Source of the DNA: a virus
Strand: one strand, 5' to 3'
Virus record (IMG/VR): IMGVR_UViG_3300012929_000018
Coordinates: 18,503 to 82,502 of that record
Length of the DNA stretch: 64,000 nucleotides
Shown here: in pieces, positions 1 to 8,837 of the stretch
Position numbering within the stretch: the first letter of the stretch is position 1
Layout: every line of letters starts with the position of its first letter
Translations under genes and position numbers: made by a program
The notes under the pieces: model-generated
What the model saw: only the letters and a program-made list of their open reading frames with translations
What the model was told of the DNA's origin: nothing
Database searches by the model: none

Positions 1-776
1 CGATAGCTCTCGACGTTGATTTCTCCCCAGCCTTTCTTCGGCTTCCAAAGCTTCGCGAATGGGTCGAAATAGCCGGGCGGGTTGGCAAGGCCGATAAATT
101 GGTGCTTCGGGTTGGTGCACAGGTTTCCGCCCGGTAGGGCATATTCCAAGATCGCCTCGGTGAGTTCTGACAACTCATCGCCGACGATGATGACTTCCTC
201 GTTGTGCATACCGATCAGTTTACCGACGGCCTCTTTCGCCTTCGAGCGTTCCGCCGCAATCAACGCCAAGCTGCTTTTGTCAGACGACACAAACGTCGGG
301 GAAACGTAGCGAATCACGTTCAACGACGCCATGACTTTGAGAGGCAGCGCCGGGACCGCGTTCACCAAATCCGTCATAGAGCCCCAGATACGACGCTTGG
401 CCGCCGGGATCGAGGTTGAGAGGACGCCGCCGAGAATCTTGCGCGCGTTCGCGAGATACTTAACTAGCAGCCACAAACCCGCGGTCTCTGATTTAGTCGT
501 GCCACCACCGCCGCCGAAGGCTGCGTAGGAATAATGGCACAATTCTTCAATCATATCCTCGCTCCATGGGTTGCGGACGAAAATTTTTGTGCGGTTGTTT
601 ACGACGTTCTTTGGGCCCCAAACCATTTCGACGACCTTCCAAAAGTGTTCGGCTTGGCCGAGGCCGCCCTTGTCAACGGGGTGCGCGATCCGAAAGCAAT
701 AAAGCTCTTGGTCGAGGCGACTCCACTTGGGCGAGAACTTTAGCTCATACCGCTGATTCGTCTGTTCTGTAGGCAT
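1..776 (-). CDS. terL: Terminase large subunit, N-terminal ATPase part (truncated by window edge)
   Basis: Manual minus-strand translation from ATG 776 (MPTEQTNQRYELKF...) stays open to the edge. Contains Walker A-like AFGGGGGTTKS, Walker B VIIVGDE preceded by GMHN, and motif III-like IGLANP. Absent from the ORF track because no stop lies in the window. Confidence 0.85.
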   Translation of the reverse strand, partial: MPTEQTNQRYELKFSPKWSRLDQELYCFRIAHPVDKGGLGQAEHFWKVVEMVWGPKNVVNNRTKIFVRNPWSEDMIEELCHYSYAAFGGGGGTTKSETAGLWLLVKYLANARKILGGVLSTSIPAAKRRIWGSMTDLVNAVPALPLKVMASLNVIRYVSPTFVSSDKSSLALIAAERSKAKEAVGKLIGMHNEEVIIVGDELSELTEAILEYALPGGNLCTNPKHQFIGLANPPGYFDPFAKLWKPKKGWGEINVESY

Positions 777-788
777 CTGCGAGGTTGC

Positions 789-839
789 AGCTTACTCTGA
801 AAAATAATTGTTGCAACTGTTCATCGAGTCTGTCATTGT
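789..839. promoter_or_regulatory. Divergent sigma70-like promoters sharing a palindromic TTGCAA -35
   Basis: + strand: TTGCAA(811-816)-17 nt-CATTGT. - strand: TTGCAA-16 nt-TAAGCT. Lies between the terL and ruvC starts. Confidence 0.45.
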
Positions 840-850
840 CGGAAACACAA

Positions 851-1294
851 ATGATTGCTATCGATCCCGGTGCATCTGGCGGAATGGTTTCAGCAGGACT
901 CGCTCTCATCGCGACTTCCATGCCGAAAACCGAACGCGATATTGTCGACTTCATCAAGTCTGACTCTAACGGGATTCATGCTACCGCTTATCTCGAAGAT
1001 CTTGTGAAATACACGGGCAGTAATATGCCTTCGTCGAGCATGGCGGTGTATGCCTCAAATTGGGGCATCATCAAAGGTTGCCTACTTACTCTCAACTATC
1101 GAATCGTATTGGTGCCGCCAAAGAAGTGGCAAGCTGCCCTCGGTCTCGGCTCCGCAAAAGGATTAACAAAAACACAATGGAAAAACAAACTGAAACAGAA
1201 AGCACAGGAACTCTTCCCCCAGCTACCGGTAACTCTTTCGACGGCGGATGCCCTCTTGATCTACGAAGCCGCCCGCCGCAACTTGTTAGGTTAA
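851..1294 (+). CDS. RuvC-like Holliday junction resolvase
   Basis: MIAIDPG start, central YLE, VPPKKWQ and C-terminal ADALLI match the phage RuvC catalytic pattern. Confidence 0.85.
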   Translation: MIAIDPGASGGMVSAGLALIATSMPKTERDIVDFIKSDSNGIHATAYLEDLVKYTGSNMPSSSMAVYASNWGIIKGCLLTLNYRIVLVPPKKWQAALGLGSAKGLTKTQWKNKLKQKAQELFPQLPVTLSTADALLIYEAARRNLLG

Positions 1295-1599
1295 AAGGCG
1301 ATAAGATTTTATTCATCGGCGGGCCGTATGATGGGCAGAGAAAGTGCCTGCCGAGAAACAATTATCCGATGACTCAAATCCACGGCTACGTGCCGCATGG
1401 CAACAATGCCGCCATTGACTCCGCGTGTGGAATCACCACCATCGACTATAACGTCGAACGGATTCGAGACGGTCACGGTAACTACTACGAAGTTGCAGTA
1501 GACCCGAAAATCAAGAATCTCATCGAAGCCTTAATGAAGGGCTACCATTATCATCGCAGGGATGCAGGGTTGCGGGGCTGCAGGCGCTCACGCTACTAA
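1177..1599 (+). CDS. Hypothetical protein (LFIGGPYDGQ motif); start uncertain
   Basis: The GGPxDG motif recurs in ORF 44466-44705. The nearest upstream ATG (1177) overlaps ruvC. Confidence 0.45.
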   Translation: MEKQTETESTGTLPPATGNSFDGGCPLDLRSRPPQLVRLKGDKILFIGGPYDGQRKCLPRNNYPMTQIHGYVPHGNNAAIDSACGITTIDYNVERIRDGHGNYYEVAVDPKIKNLIEALMKGYHYHRRDAGLRGCRRSRY

Positions 1600-1601
1600 A
1601 A

Positions 1602-1778
1602 ATGAGTGGCGAGGCAGGAAAAGGATTCCGCGGTGGACGGCCGGTGAACCAAAAGGTTTACGGACCCAACTTCGATTTTATTAACTGGCATAAAGGTAAA
1701 CAGGTCACACTCCCATGCGGATGCGCCGGAGATAAAGACGGTCCTGTGTTCTTGTGCCCTACCCACAGAAGTAAATGA
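1602..1778 (+). CDS. Small hypothetical protein (58 aa, MSGEAGKGFRGGRPVNQKVYGPNFDFINW...)
   Basis: Manual translation fills the gap exactly; ATGA overlap with the next gene. Confidence 0.6.
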   Translation: MSGEAGKGFRGGRPVNQKVYGPNFDFINWHKGKQVTLPCGCAGDKDGPVFLCPTHRSK

Positions 1779-2368
1779 ACGAGACTGCAAAAGCAATGCG
1801 CCGTCGATATGTCGAGGACGCGACCGGAATCTTCCCTTGGATGAAGATATTCAGGGGCAAAGGAATTGACGTAGGCTGCGGCCCCGACAAACTCCCATTC
1901 GCGGATTGCCGCGGGTTTGATCTATCCGACGGCGACGCGAACCTCCTAGCCACCTATTTTGTGGAAGGAGAGTTCGACTACCTTCACGCATCCCAATGTC
2001 TTGAACATATGATCGACCCTAAGCTTGCACTGCAGACTTGGGCACAGGTAGTCAAACCCCGCGGATACATCATCTTCACCGTTCCAGATTGGGTGCTCTA
2101 CGAGGGCTGCAAATTTCCTTCCCAATATAATCCCGATCATAAGTCCACGTGGTCGATGCTCTACAAAAAGAGCAACGCCCCTATTCATGTCCATGTGCCA
2201 ACTATGATTCGGGAAGCTTTGCCAAAGGCCGAAGTAATGCGGGAGATGTTGATCGACAACAACTATAATTACAATATCGGCACATCAGTAGATCAAACCT
2301 TTGACGAGTCTGATGGAGTAGAAGCTTTCATCGAAGTCGTTCTTCGACTTCCGCCCAAATCTAAATGA
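1775..2368 (+). CDS. Class I SAM-dependent methyltransferase
   Basis: GIDVGCG SAM motif, FDYLHASQCLEH, VKPRGYIIFTVPD. Confidence 0.85.
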   Translation: MNETAKAMRRRYVEDATGIFPWMKIFRGKGIDVGCGPDKLPFADCRGFDLSDGDANLLATYFVEGEFDYLHASQCLEHMIDPKLALQTWAQVVKPRGYIIFTVPDWVLYEGCKFPSQYNPDHKSTWSMLYKKSNAPIHVHVPTMIREALPKAEVMREMLIDNNYNYNIGTSVDQTFDESDGVEAFIEVVLRLPPKSK

Positions 2369-3762
2369 GTAGATCAACTTACCTTCCCGCCGTAATAGTT
2401 CGCTGTGACGCACAGGCTGTGCAAGTAGACCGTTTGGTTCGACATTGCCGCGAACTTGACGGCACTGAATTAATCGTGATTGAAAATCCCGACAAGAGTG
2501 TGGCCGATAAAGGCTCATTCGAACTCAATCAGATTGCCGCGAACGCCCTGCATCTGGCATTGACCCAAATGAAGGGCCGTCCGTTCATTTGGTTAGAGGC
2601 TGATTCAATTCCGCTTCGCTCAGGGTGGCGAGCAGCTATTTCCGCTGAATACAAGAAGGTTGGAAAACCGTTTCTTCTACCTGACATGACTCGGTGCGCG
2701 AAGGAAGATATGGCTTCCGGCATCGGCGTTTACCCCGGCGATTCTCATTATCTAATTCCCAAAGGATTCCCTACTCACGGTTGGGATGCGTGGGTTGAAA
2801 AACATTTGCAGCCGGTGATTGGGCGATCGCGGCTGATTCAACATCGTTACGGCAAATATTTCATGGGCGACGCCGTTCCGTGGGAGTTCCCACGCGACAA
2901 ATCCATTCTTGACCCCGACGCCGTGATATTTCACAAAGACGGCGCACAGTCTCTAATCGACTGCTTTAGCCCTTCACCGTATGCCCTCGACTTTGCGACC
3001 GTAACCGGCCGTAAACCCGAAGCGCCTTTGTTCCGGCACGCCGGAGATATTGGCGATGTGATCGCTGCGCTTCCCATCTTTCGTGCAATGGGCGGCGGAA
3101 ACTTGCTGCTTTTCCACGACAAGGATGCGAAACCTGGAATGGCGCCGCGCGAGTCGATGGAAGGTAAACGCTTCGAAGCTATCAAGCCCCTACTCGAAGC
3201 TCAGCCATATATTTACAGTGTGGAGTGGGGCACGGGAGTCTCAACCAAAGGATTCCGCGAAGTCCTGCGCCCCCGCTTCGAGAGCCTCACTGAGCGGCAG
3301 GCCAGACATATCGACCAATGGCCGGTTGACCTTTCCCCATGGCTCACTGTGCCCGGCGACGTGCAGCCCACCGATCGGGTAATCTGCTGCCGGTCTCCGA
3401 GATACCACAACCAATATGCGTTCCCATGGAAAGCCGCGGCGGAAGCTTACGGTAACCGACTTCTTTTCATCGGTTTGCCAGACGAACATTCTGCGTTTGA
3501 AGGGATGCTGGGCTGCAGGGTTGAACACGCCAAGACGGAAAACTTTCTTGAAATCGCCCGCATCATGGCCGGAGCAAGACAGGTGATCGCCAATCAAAGC
3601 TCCCCATTATGGGTCGCGATGGGGCTCGGCAAAAAGGTGATCGTCGAAGGATGCTATCATTGCCCCAATACCGAGATTCCGCGTCCCGGTAGTTACTGGG
3701 CTTATTCACCCGAGCAAAACGAAGTCGTTCGCCAAGCGTTCGCGGCCGTGGCGCGCAAATGA
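2365..3762 (+). CDS. Two-domain glycosyltransferase-like protein (GT-A-like N-term, GT9/heptosyltransferase-like C-term)
   Basis: N-term FIWLEADSIP (DxD-like) and AVIFH. C-term GDIGDVIAALPIFRA, LLFIG and ARQVIANQSSPLWVAMGLG resemble the GT-B/GT9 fold. Confidence 0.65.
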   Translation: MSRSTYLPAVIVRCDAQAVQVDRLVRHCRELDGTELIVIENPDKSVADKGSFELNQIAANALHLALTQMKGRPFIWLEADSIPLRSGWRAAISAEYKKVGKPFLLPDMTRCAKEDMASGIGVYPGDSHYLIPKGFPTHGWDAWVEKHLQPVIGRSRLIQHRYGKYFMGDAVPWEFPRDKSILDPDAVIFHKDGAQSLIDCFSPSPYALDFATVTGRKPEAPLFRHAGDIGDVIAALPIFRAMGGGNLLLFHDKDAKPGMAPRESMEGKRFEAIKPLLEAQPYIYSVEWGTGVSTKGFREVLRPRFESLTERQARHIDQWPVDLSPWLTVPGDVQPTDRVICCRSPRYHNQYAFPWKAAAEAYGNRLLFIGLPDEHSAFEGMLGCRVEHAKTENFLEIARIMAGARQVIANQSSPLWVAMGLGKKVIVEGCYHCPNTEIPRPGSYWAYSPEQNEVVRQAFAAVARK

Positions 3763-6359
3763 AGAAACAGCTTTATCCTGAGCAGGTAGCGCACGCGGGC
3801 CTGCTGGCAAAATCCATTGAGCGCAATAACCATGCTCTCGACGGAAGCTCAACCGGCTGCGGCAAGACCTTGATCGCTTGCTCATTGCTCGCGCAATACA
3901 AACGCCCCGCGCTGGTAGTCGGCATGAAAAGCACCCTGCCTATGTGGGAGCAGGAAGTCAGGCAAACTTTAATCGACGCGAAGGTGAAGCCAAAAGACTG
4001 GCCCAAAGTTGGCGTCATCAATTATGAGAAGCTTCGCCGCGGCAGCGCGCAGTGGGGCGATTGGATCCGCAAGGGGCAGTGGCAGTGGAACCTGCCGAAA
4101 GATACCATCATCGTGTGGGATGAATTCCAAAACTGTCAGGGAATGAACACCCTCAATTCCAAAATGATGATCGCAGCGAAACCCTACACGAATATCCTGC
4201 TATCCGCCACCGGCGCCGAGGATCCGACAGATATGCGTGCCAGCGGCTACATCCTTGGCCTGCATGGGTTACGCGACTATTGGCAGTGGTGCCGTAAAAA
4301 TGGGTGCAACCCGAACCAATGGGGCGGGCTCGAGTTTGAGGGCGGCGACGAGATAATGGACCGCATTCACAAATACATTTTCCCCAACCACGGCAGCCGC
4401 CTCACGCTCGAAGACATGAAGGCGCACTTCACCGAGACCCAAATTGTTACCACTCCGCTGAACTTCGGCGAGGAGATTGAACAGATTTACGAGGAGATGG
4501 CGAAGGAAATCGCCAAACTCGAAGAGATTATGACCAGCGACTCCGATCACCCGGCGGCGCAAGCCCTGATCGAGAAGCTGCGCGCGCGGCAGCGGGTGGA
4601 GTTTTTGAAGGTCCCGACCATGATCGAAATGGCTGGCGACCTAATCAAAGAGGGGCGCAGCGTGGTGATTTTCGTCAATTTCCAAGAATCTATCAATGCC
4701 ATTCGCGAGCGGTTCCCCGGCTCGTTGGAAATCAGTGGCCGCGTGACCGGGCAGCCACGGCAGGACGCGATCGCTGCGTTCCAAGAGAACCGGTGCAAGT
4801 TGCTCGTCTGCAATTCTCAGGCCGGGGGCGTCAGCCTAAGCCTACACGACTTGGATGGTAACCATCCACGCACCGCGATCATATCGCCCGACTGGAACTC
4901 CAAACGTATTCTACAAGTGCTGGGCCGCGTGCACCGCGCCGGAGGCAAGTCGAACACCCAGCAGCACGTTTTGTTCGCCGCTGGCACCGTCGAGGTTCAG
5001 GTGGAGAAAGCTGTGCGCCGCGGGATGGAGCGCATCGGAATCTTCAATGACGGGTTGAAAAACGATTACGGAGATGGAAATCCTGTTATTATTGCACCAC
5101 CGGCGCCGAAAATTATTATTCCGGTTCCGACCACAACCCCCAACATTGGCTTGTCAGAAAAAGTGATATGTTTTTCCGACAATTCTATTGCATTTAATCA
5201 GCCTTTACGCGACAATAAACCCACAATGACGGATGAGAAACCAGTGCCCGCGGAGTCTCTCGAAGAGCCAGCACACGCCGAGTTCAGCCCCTCAAGTCTC
5301 TCGATGTTCGAGAAGTGCCCCGGCTGGCGCAACCGAAACGAAACCACTCCCCAATCGGAAGCGGGCACCCGCATCCACAAGGCGTTAGAGAAGAACGATA
5401 TTGAGTCTCTACCGAATGACGAGGAGAAAGCTGTCGCCCAGTCATGCCAAGATTTTATGGATTCCCTCATCGCGGAGCGCGGAGTTCCAGACACAGACCA
5501 TCGCGAAGTTCGCCTCTATATCGACCTTGGCGCTGAGCTAAAAACTTTCGGAACCTGCGATCGACTTATGACGTGGGGCAAACTCGGTATCCTAACGGAC
5601 TACAAATCGGGCTACCGACTAGTCGCCGACGCCGAGGAGAATGCGCAGGGATGGTCTTACATCATCGGCACCTTCCAGCGGCCGGATATGGCTCACTTGG
5701 AAGAAGTCATCATTTACTTTCTTATTCCCAACCGCGACGAGATTTCGAGCGCAGTGTTCAAGCGCAGCCAACTCCCGGCGATGCAGCTTCGGTTGAACAC
5801 CATCGTTCGCCGCGCCATGGCCGACAACGAATCGCAATACAACCCGCAGCCTGAGTTATGCGAGTATTGCGCCAGACAGGAGACTTGCCCGGCTCTCGCG
5901 TTGAAGGCTCTCATGATTTCCAAGCACATTGCAGCAGGGCTGCCTGTGCCAGCAAACGCCAGTGTGTCGAAAGACCGTCCGGCGGACATTCCGCAGTTGC
6001 TCCGGCTCGCGCCTCTCATGGAAGCGTGGGCGACGGGCGTGCGCAAAGAGGCGCTCAGACTGCAGATGGAAGAAGGCGTAGACGTTCGTGGGTTCAAACG
6101 TATCGAACGCTCCAACCCTCGTTCCGTCAACTCTGTAATCGGCACATGGAAGGTTATCAAAAACAAAGGCGTCAGCCTTGAAGATTTTTTGGACGCTTGC
6201 GGCAGCGTAAGCATCCCCAGTTTAGAAGAACTTGTCGCGTCACTAGCGGTGCGCGGTCAAAAAGGACCTGCAGCCAAGCAGTTCATCAACGACCTGCGCA
6301 CCGCGGATATTCTCAATGAAGGTGGAAAATCGTTCTACCTGAAAGAGCAGAAAAAGTAA
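3759..6359 (+). CDS. SNF2-like helicase fused to a Cas4-like PD-(D/E)XK nuclease (DUF2800-like)
   Basis: Helicase motifs STGCGKT, IVWDEFQ, LLSATG, QVLGRVHRAG. C-terminal half has FSPSSL..FEKCPGW, GTRIH, GTCD, DYKSG and CEYC....CP (Fe-S cysteines). Confidence 0.85.
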   Translation: MKKQLYPEQVAHAGLLAKSIERNNHALDGSSTGCGKTLIACSLLAQYKRPALVVGMKSTLPMWEQEVRQTLIDAKVKPKDWPKVGVINYEKLRRGSAQWGDWIRKGQWQWNLPKDTIIVWDEFQNCQGMNTLNSKMMIAAKPYTNILLSATGAEDPTDMRASGYILGLHGLRDYWQWCRKNGCNPNQWGGLEFEGGDEIMDRIHKYIFPNHGSRLTLEDMKAHFTETQIVTTPLNFGEEIEQIYEEMAKEIAKLEEIMTSDSDHPAAQALIEKLRARQRVEFLKVPTMIEMAGDLIKEGRSVVIFVNFQESINAIRERFPGSLEISGRVTGQPRQDAIAAFQENRCKLLVCNSQAGGVSLSLHDLDGNHPRTAIISPDWNSKRILQVLGRVHRAGGKSNTQQHVLFAAGTVEVQVEKAVRRGMERIGIFNDGLKNDYGDGNPVIIAPPAPKIIIPVPTTTPNIGLSEKVICFSDNSIAFNQPLRDNKPTMTDEKPVPAESLEEPAHAEFSPSSLSMFEKCPGWRNRNETTPQSEAGTRIHKALEKNDIESLPNDEEKAVAQSCQDFMDSLIAERGVPDTDHREVRLYIDLGAELKTFGTCDRLMTWGKLGILTDYKSGYRLVADAEENAQGWSYIIGTFQRPDMAHLEEVIIYFLIPNRDEISSAVFKRSQLPAMQLRLNTIVRRAMADNESQYNPQPELCEYCARQETCPALALKALMISKHIAAGLPVPANASVSKDRPADIPQLLRLAPLMEAWATGVRKEALRLQMEEGVDVRGFKRIERSNPRSVNSVIGTWKVIKNKGVSLEDFLDACGSVSIPSLEELVASLAVRGQKGPAAKQFINDLRTADILNEGGKSFYLKEQKK
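5188..5216 (+). promoter_or_regulatory. Internal sigma70-like promoter in the helicase-nuclease linker
   Basis: TTGCAT-17 nt-GACAAT, ending 9 nt before in-frame ATG 5226. Preceded by the inverted repeat TTGTCAGAAAAA/TTTTTCCGACAA (5151-5182). Confidence 0.45.
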
Positions 6360-6400
6360 CCCAAACCAAATAGAGAAAGGTAATGAAAACCAAATAAGAT

Positions 6401-7207
6401 ATGGCAACCACATCATTCAAACCCAGAGTAGCAAAAGCAGACCCGGCCCCTCAGGCCGAACCCGCGTCCGTGGACAACGGCGGTCTTACCCGCGTGAGCG
6501 AGGAGACCACAGATAGCAAAGCAGTCGCAGTCCGTGAGGACCGCGCACCGGCTTTAGCTAATGGCGATCAAGCTTTCGCCGGAGCATGGGATCGAGACGA
6601 CATTCGCTTGCCACGAATCAACCTCGTCCACAAAACCTCAGATAACGAACTGATCAAAAAGTTCGGCATCGGCGGTTTCTGCTTCAACAAGGAAGTGAAA
6701 CTCAGCGACGGTGAAGCGCCAGGCATCACGGTTGTAGCAGTTCGCGCAGCCAAGGATTATGTCCAAAAACTGCCATACGGCTCTCCGGAAATGCCAGCGG
6801 TATTCAAGAACGCTGACGAAGTCGAAGCCAATGGCGGCTCTTTGAACTACAAAGACGCCGACAGCGGTAACTTCTTCGGCCCGCGCGCGCACATCCAACT
6901 CCTGATCGCGGCTCCGGAAGGCGCCAGCGATGCGGACTTGGCGTTGTTCCCTTACGACTTCAATGGCAAGGCGTATGGCTTCGCGATCTTGACGGTAGCG
7001 TCGAGCGCATTCACGAGCGTCGGCAAAGAACTGGCGACCCTCTGCAACAACAATAAGGTCATGCGTAAAGGGATGCGTTACGGCGCCCTCGCACTGACGA
7101 GTGAGATTCGCAAGAATGCGAAGAACTCGTGGCACATCCCGGTGATTAAGTTCACTGGCGAGAATGACGCGAAGCTCGTCGAGTTCATCGAAGGCTTACT
7201 GGCCTAA
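6401..7207 (+). CDS. Hypothetical replication protein, possibly ssDNA-binding/annealing
   Basis: Good RBS. Sits between the Cas4-like nuclease and PolA, where SSBs usually lie. DIRLPRINLV motif. Function is inferred from position. Confidence 0.55.
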   Translation: MATTSFKPRVAKADPAPQAEPASVDNGGLTRVSEETTDSKAVAVREDRAPALANGDQAFAGAWDRDDIRLPRINLVHKTSDNELIKKFGIGGFCFNKEVKLSDGEAPGITVVAVRAAKDYVQKLPYGSPEMPAVFKNADEVEANGGSLNYKDADSGNFFGPRAHIQLLIAAPEGASDADLALFPYDFNGKAYGFAILTVASSAFTSVGKELATLCNNNKVMRKGMRYGALALTSEIRKNAKNSWHIPVIKFTGENDAKLVEFIEGLLA

Positions 7208-7247
7208 TTCAAACCCTGCGCCTGCACTGCGGGCGCAGTCTTGAATT

Positions 7248-7499
7248 ATGAACATGTCCAAAAAGATCAATATCACAGGCGACTTCGTCGACTTCAAGAG
7301 AGTGTGGTCTGACGACGGCCAGAACCTTACCGCTGAAATCGGCGGCCAAACCACCAAAGGAACGTTCGTGAAGGTCAACGTCAAACTTAACTTCGATTGC
7401 TTGGCATACATCATGCCCGGCGTCAAAAAAGCATGGGAGACCGAGCGCGAAATCAGACAGGGCGCTATTCAGTCCATCGACAAAGCTCTAGGAATATGA
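7248..7499 (+). CDS. Hypothetical protein
   Basis: Operon-packed ORF; ATGA overlap with the next gene. Confidence 0.6.
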   Translation: MNMSKKINITGDFVDFKRVWSDDGQNLTAEIGGQTTKGTFVKVNVKLNFDCLAYIMPGVKKAWETEREIRQGAIQSIDKALGI

Positions 7500-8035
7500 A
7501 ACTAATCGGATTGGTAGGACGCAAGAGCGTCGGAAAAGACACGGCAGCCATGGTGCTCACGCAGCAGGGCTACCAGATTGCAAAGTTCGCGGGCGGGCTG
7601 AAAGCCATGATCGCGGGATACCTCGCATACATCGGCGTGCCGGAAGACGCTATTAAGGCGATCATTGAAGACTACCGGGTGAAGGAAACTCCAAGTGGCT
7701 ACTTCGGCGGCAAAACTCCGCGCTATGTCATGCAGACCCTCGGCACCGAATGGGGCCGTGACCTAATCGCCCCGCAACTATGGGTGCAATCCTGCCTATG
7801 GCACTGCGAAAGTCTTGGCAAAGCCGTCATTACAGACGTGAGGTTTCCCAACGAAGTTGCCGCGGTCAAAGAACAAGGCGGCACAGTAATACGCATTGTG
7901 CGTAACGCATCACGCGTAGACAACCACGCCTCAGAAAATTTTATAGATTCCCTTGCAGTTGATCACGAAATCAGCAACAATGGAACCATCGACGAGCTTC
8001 ATCAGAAGCTTTTAACCATAGTGAAAGGACAATAA
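7496..8035 (+). CDS. Deoxynucleoside monophosphate kinase
   Basis: MKLIGLVGRKSVGKDT P-loop, TPRYVMQTLGTEWGR, VITDVRFPNE, HASE. Confidence 0.92.
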   Translation: MKLIGLVGRKSVGKDTAAMVLTQQGYQIAKFAGGLKAMIAGYLAYIGVPEDAIKAIIEDYRVKETPSGYFGGKTPRYVMQTLGTEWGRDLIAPQLWVQSCLWHCESLGKAVITDVRFPNEVAAVKEQGGTVIRIVRNASRVDNHASENFIDSLAVDHEISNNGTIDELHQKLLTIVKGQ

Positions 8036-8036
8036 C

Positions 8037-8546
8037 ATGGACGGAACAAATAAATATGACGACACAGCCAAAGGCGGATACTCCTACGCGGAGAAGCTTG
8101 AGGCAGTAGCGGCGGGCAATATGGCCCCCGAAGAAATCGGATTGGCAAGCGCCGAGGAAGCCCAGCTTCAAATAGTGCCGGACGAGAAAAAGAAACCGGT
8201 ATTCGGAACGACAATGATGTTCCGCGCTGGTGTGGTTCCTCTGGAACTGCGCGCGTTTTGGGCAGAGCAGGAATACAAGCAGGAGCGTAAGATCGTTTCT
8301 GCCGACTCCACCTTCGACAAGGATGCGTGGATGAAAGAGCACGAGAATGAATTTCCAATTCAAGGCGATCTGATCTGCGGACAGGCCGCGGCCAAGTTTT
8401 CTCGAAATTTCAAAGACCCGATTCTCGGAATGTGCCAGATGCTCCGCGTAGCAGCGGACATGTTGGAAATGAAATATACGGAAACCGACGCGCCACAAAC
8501 GCCCGCAACCGAACAGCAAAATGAATCACCGGCTCAAACTCAGTAG
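8037..8546 (+). CDS. Hypothetical protein
   Basis: RBS AAAGGA upstream; tightly packed. Confidence 0.6.
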   Translation: MDGTNKYDDTAKGGYSYAEKLEAVAAGNMAPEEIGLASAEEAQLQIVPDEKKKPVFGTTMMFRAGVVPLELRAFWAEQEYKQERKIVSADSTFDKDAWMKEHENEFPIQGDLICGQAAAKFSRNFKDPILGMCQMLRVAADMLEMKYTETDAPQTPATEQQNESPAQTQ

Positions 8547-8706
8547 TCGTAAACGCGACCGGACATTCTACACACCGAAGAAAGCCGCCCCAAACTCGGG
8601 GTTGACCGATCGGTATGGCAGAATCTACGTCACTGAGGCATCGGGCGCGATTCGCCTGATTAAAGATATTCTAACTGGCCCCGACGATCCGCGTCGGCGC
8701 AACTAA
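8521..8706 (+). CDS. Small basic hypothetical protein
   Basis: GLTDRYGRIY...SGAIR motif is shared with ORF 23772-23945. Confidence 0.5.
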   Translation: MNHRLKLSSRKRDRTFYTPKKAAPNSGLTDRYGRIYVTEASGAIRLIKDILTGPDDPRRRN

Positions 8707-8709
8707 TCT

Positions 8710-8828
8710 GGAATGCGCGCGAATGGTGTGCAGGCCGCAAGGCCCAGCGAGATGCTGCAACGGGTTCCTAGCTACGGTTTGCTGTCCGTGGCTTGTCTCA
8801 TAGACCCTGTGAAACACGTGCGCATTCC
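8710..8828 (+). ncRNA. Structured RNA element upstream of the DNA polymerase
   Basis: Closing helix GGAATGCGCGCG/CGTGCGCATTCC. Internal hairpins GGCC-GCAA-GGCC, CAGC-GAGAT-GCTG and GCTACGG/CCGTGGC. Possible GAGAT:GTCTC pseudoknot. Confidence 0.65.
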
Positions 8829-8837
8829 TTCACTTTT

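Noticed and set aside
8710-8828. Hammerhead ribozyme
   Set aside because: GAAAC is present but the CUGANGA core is not.
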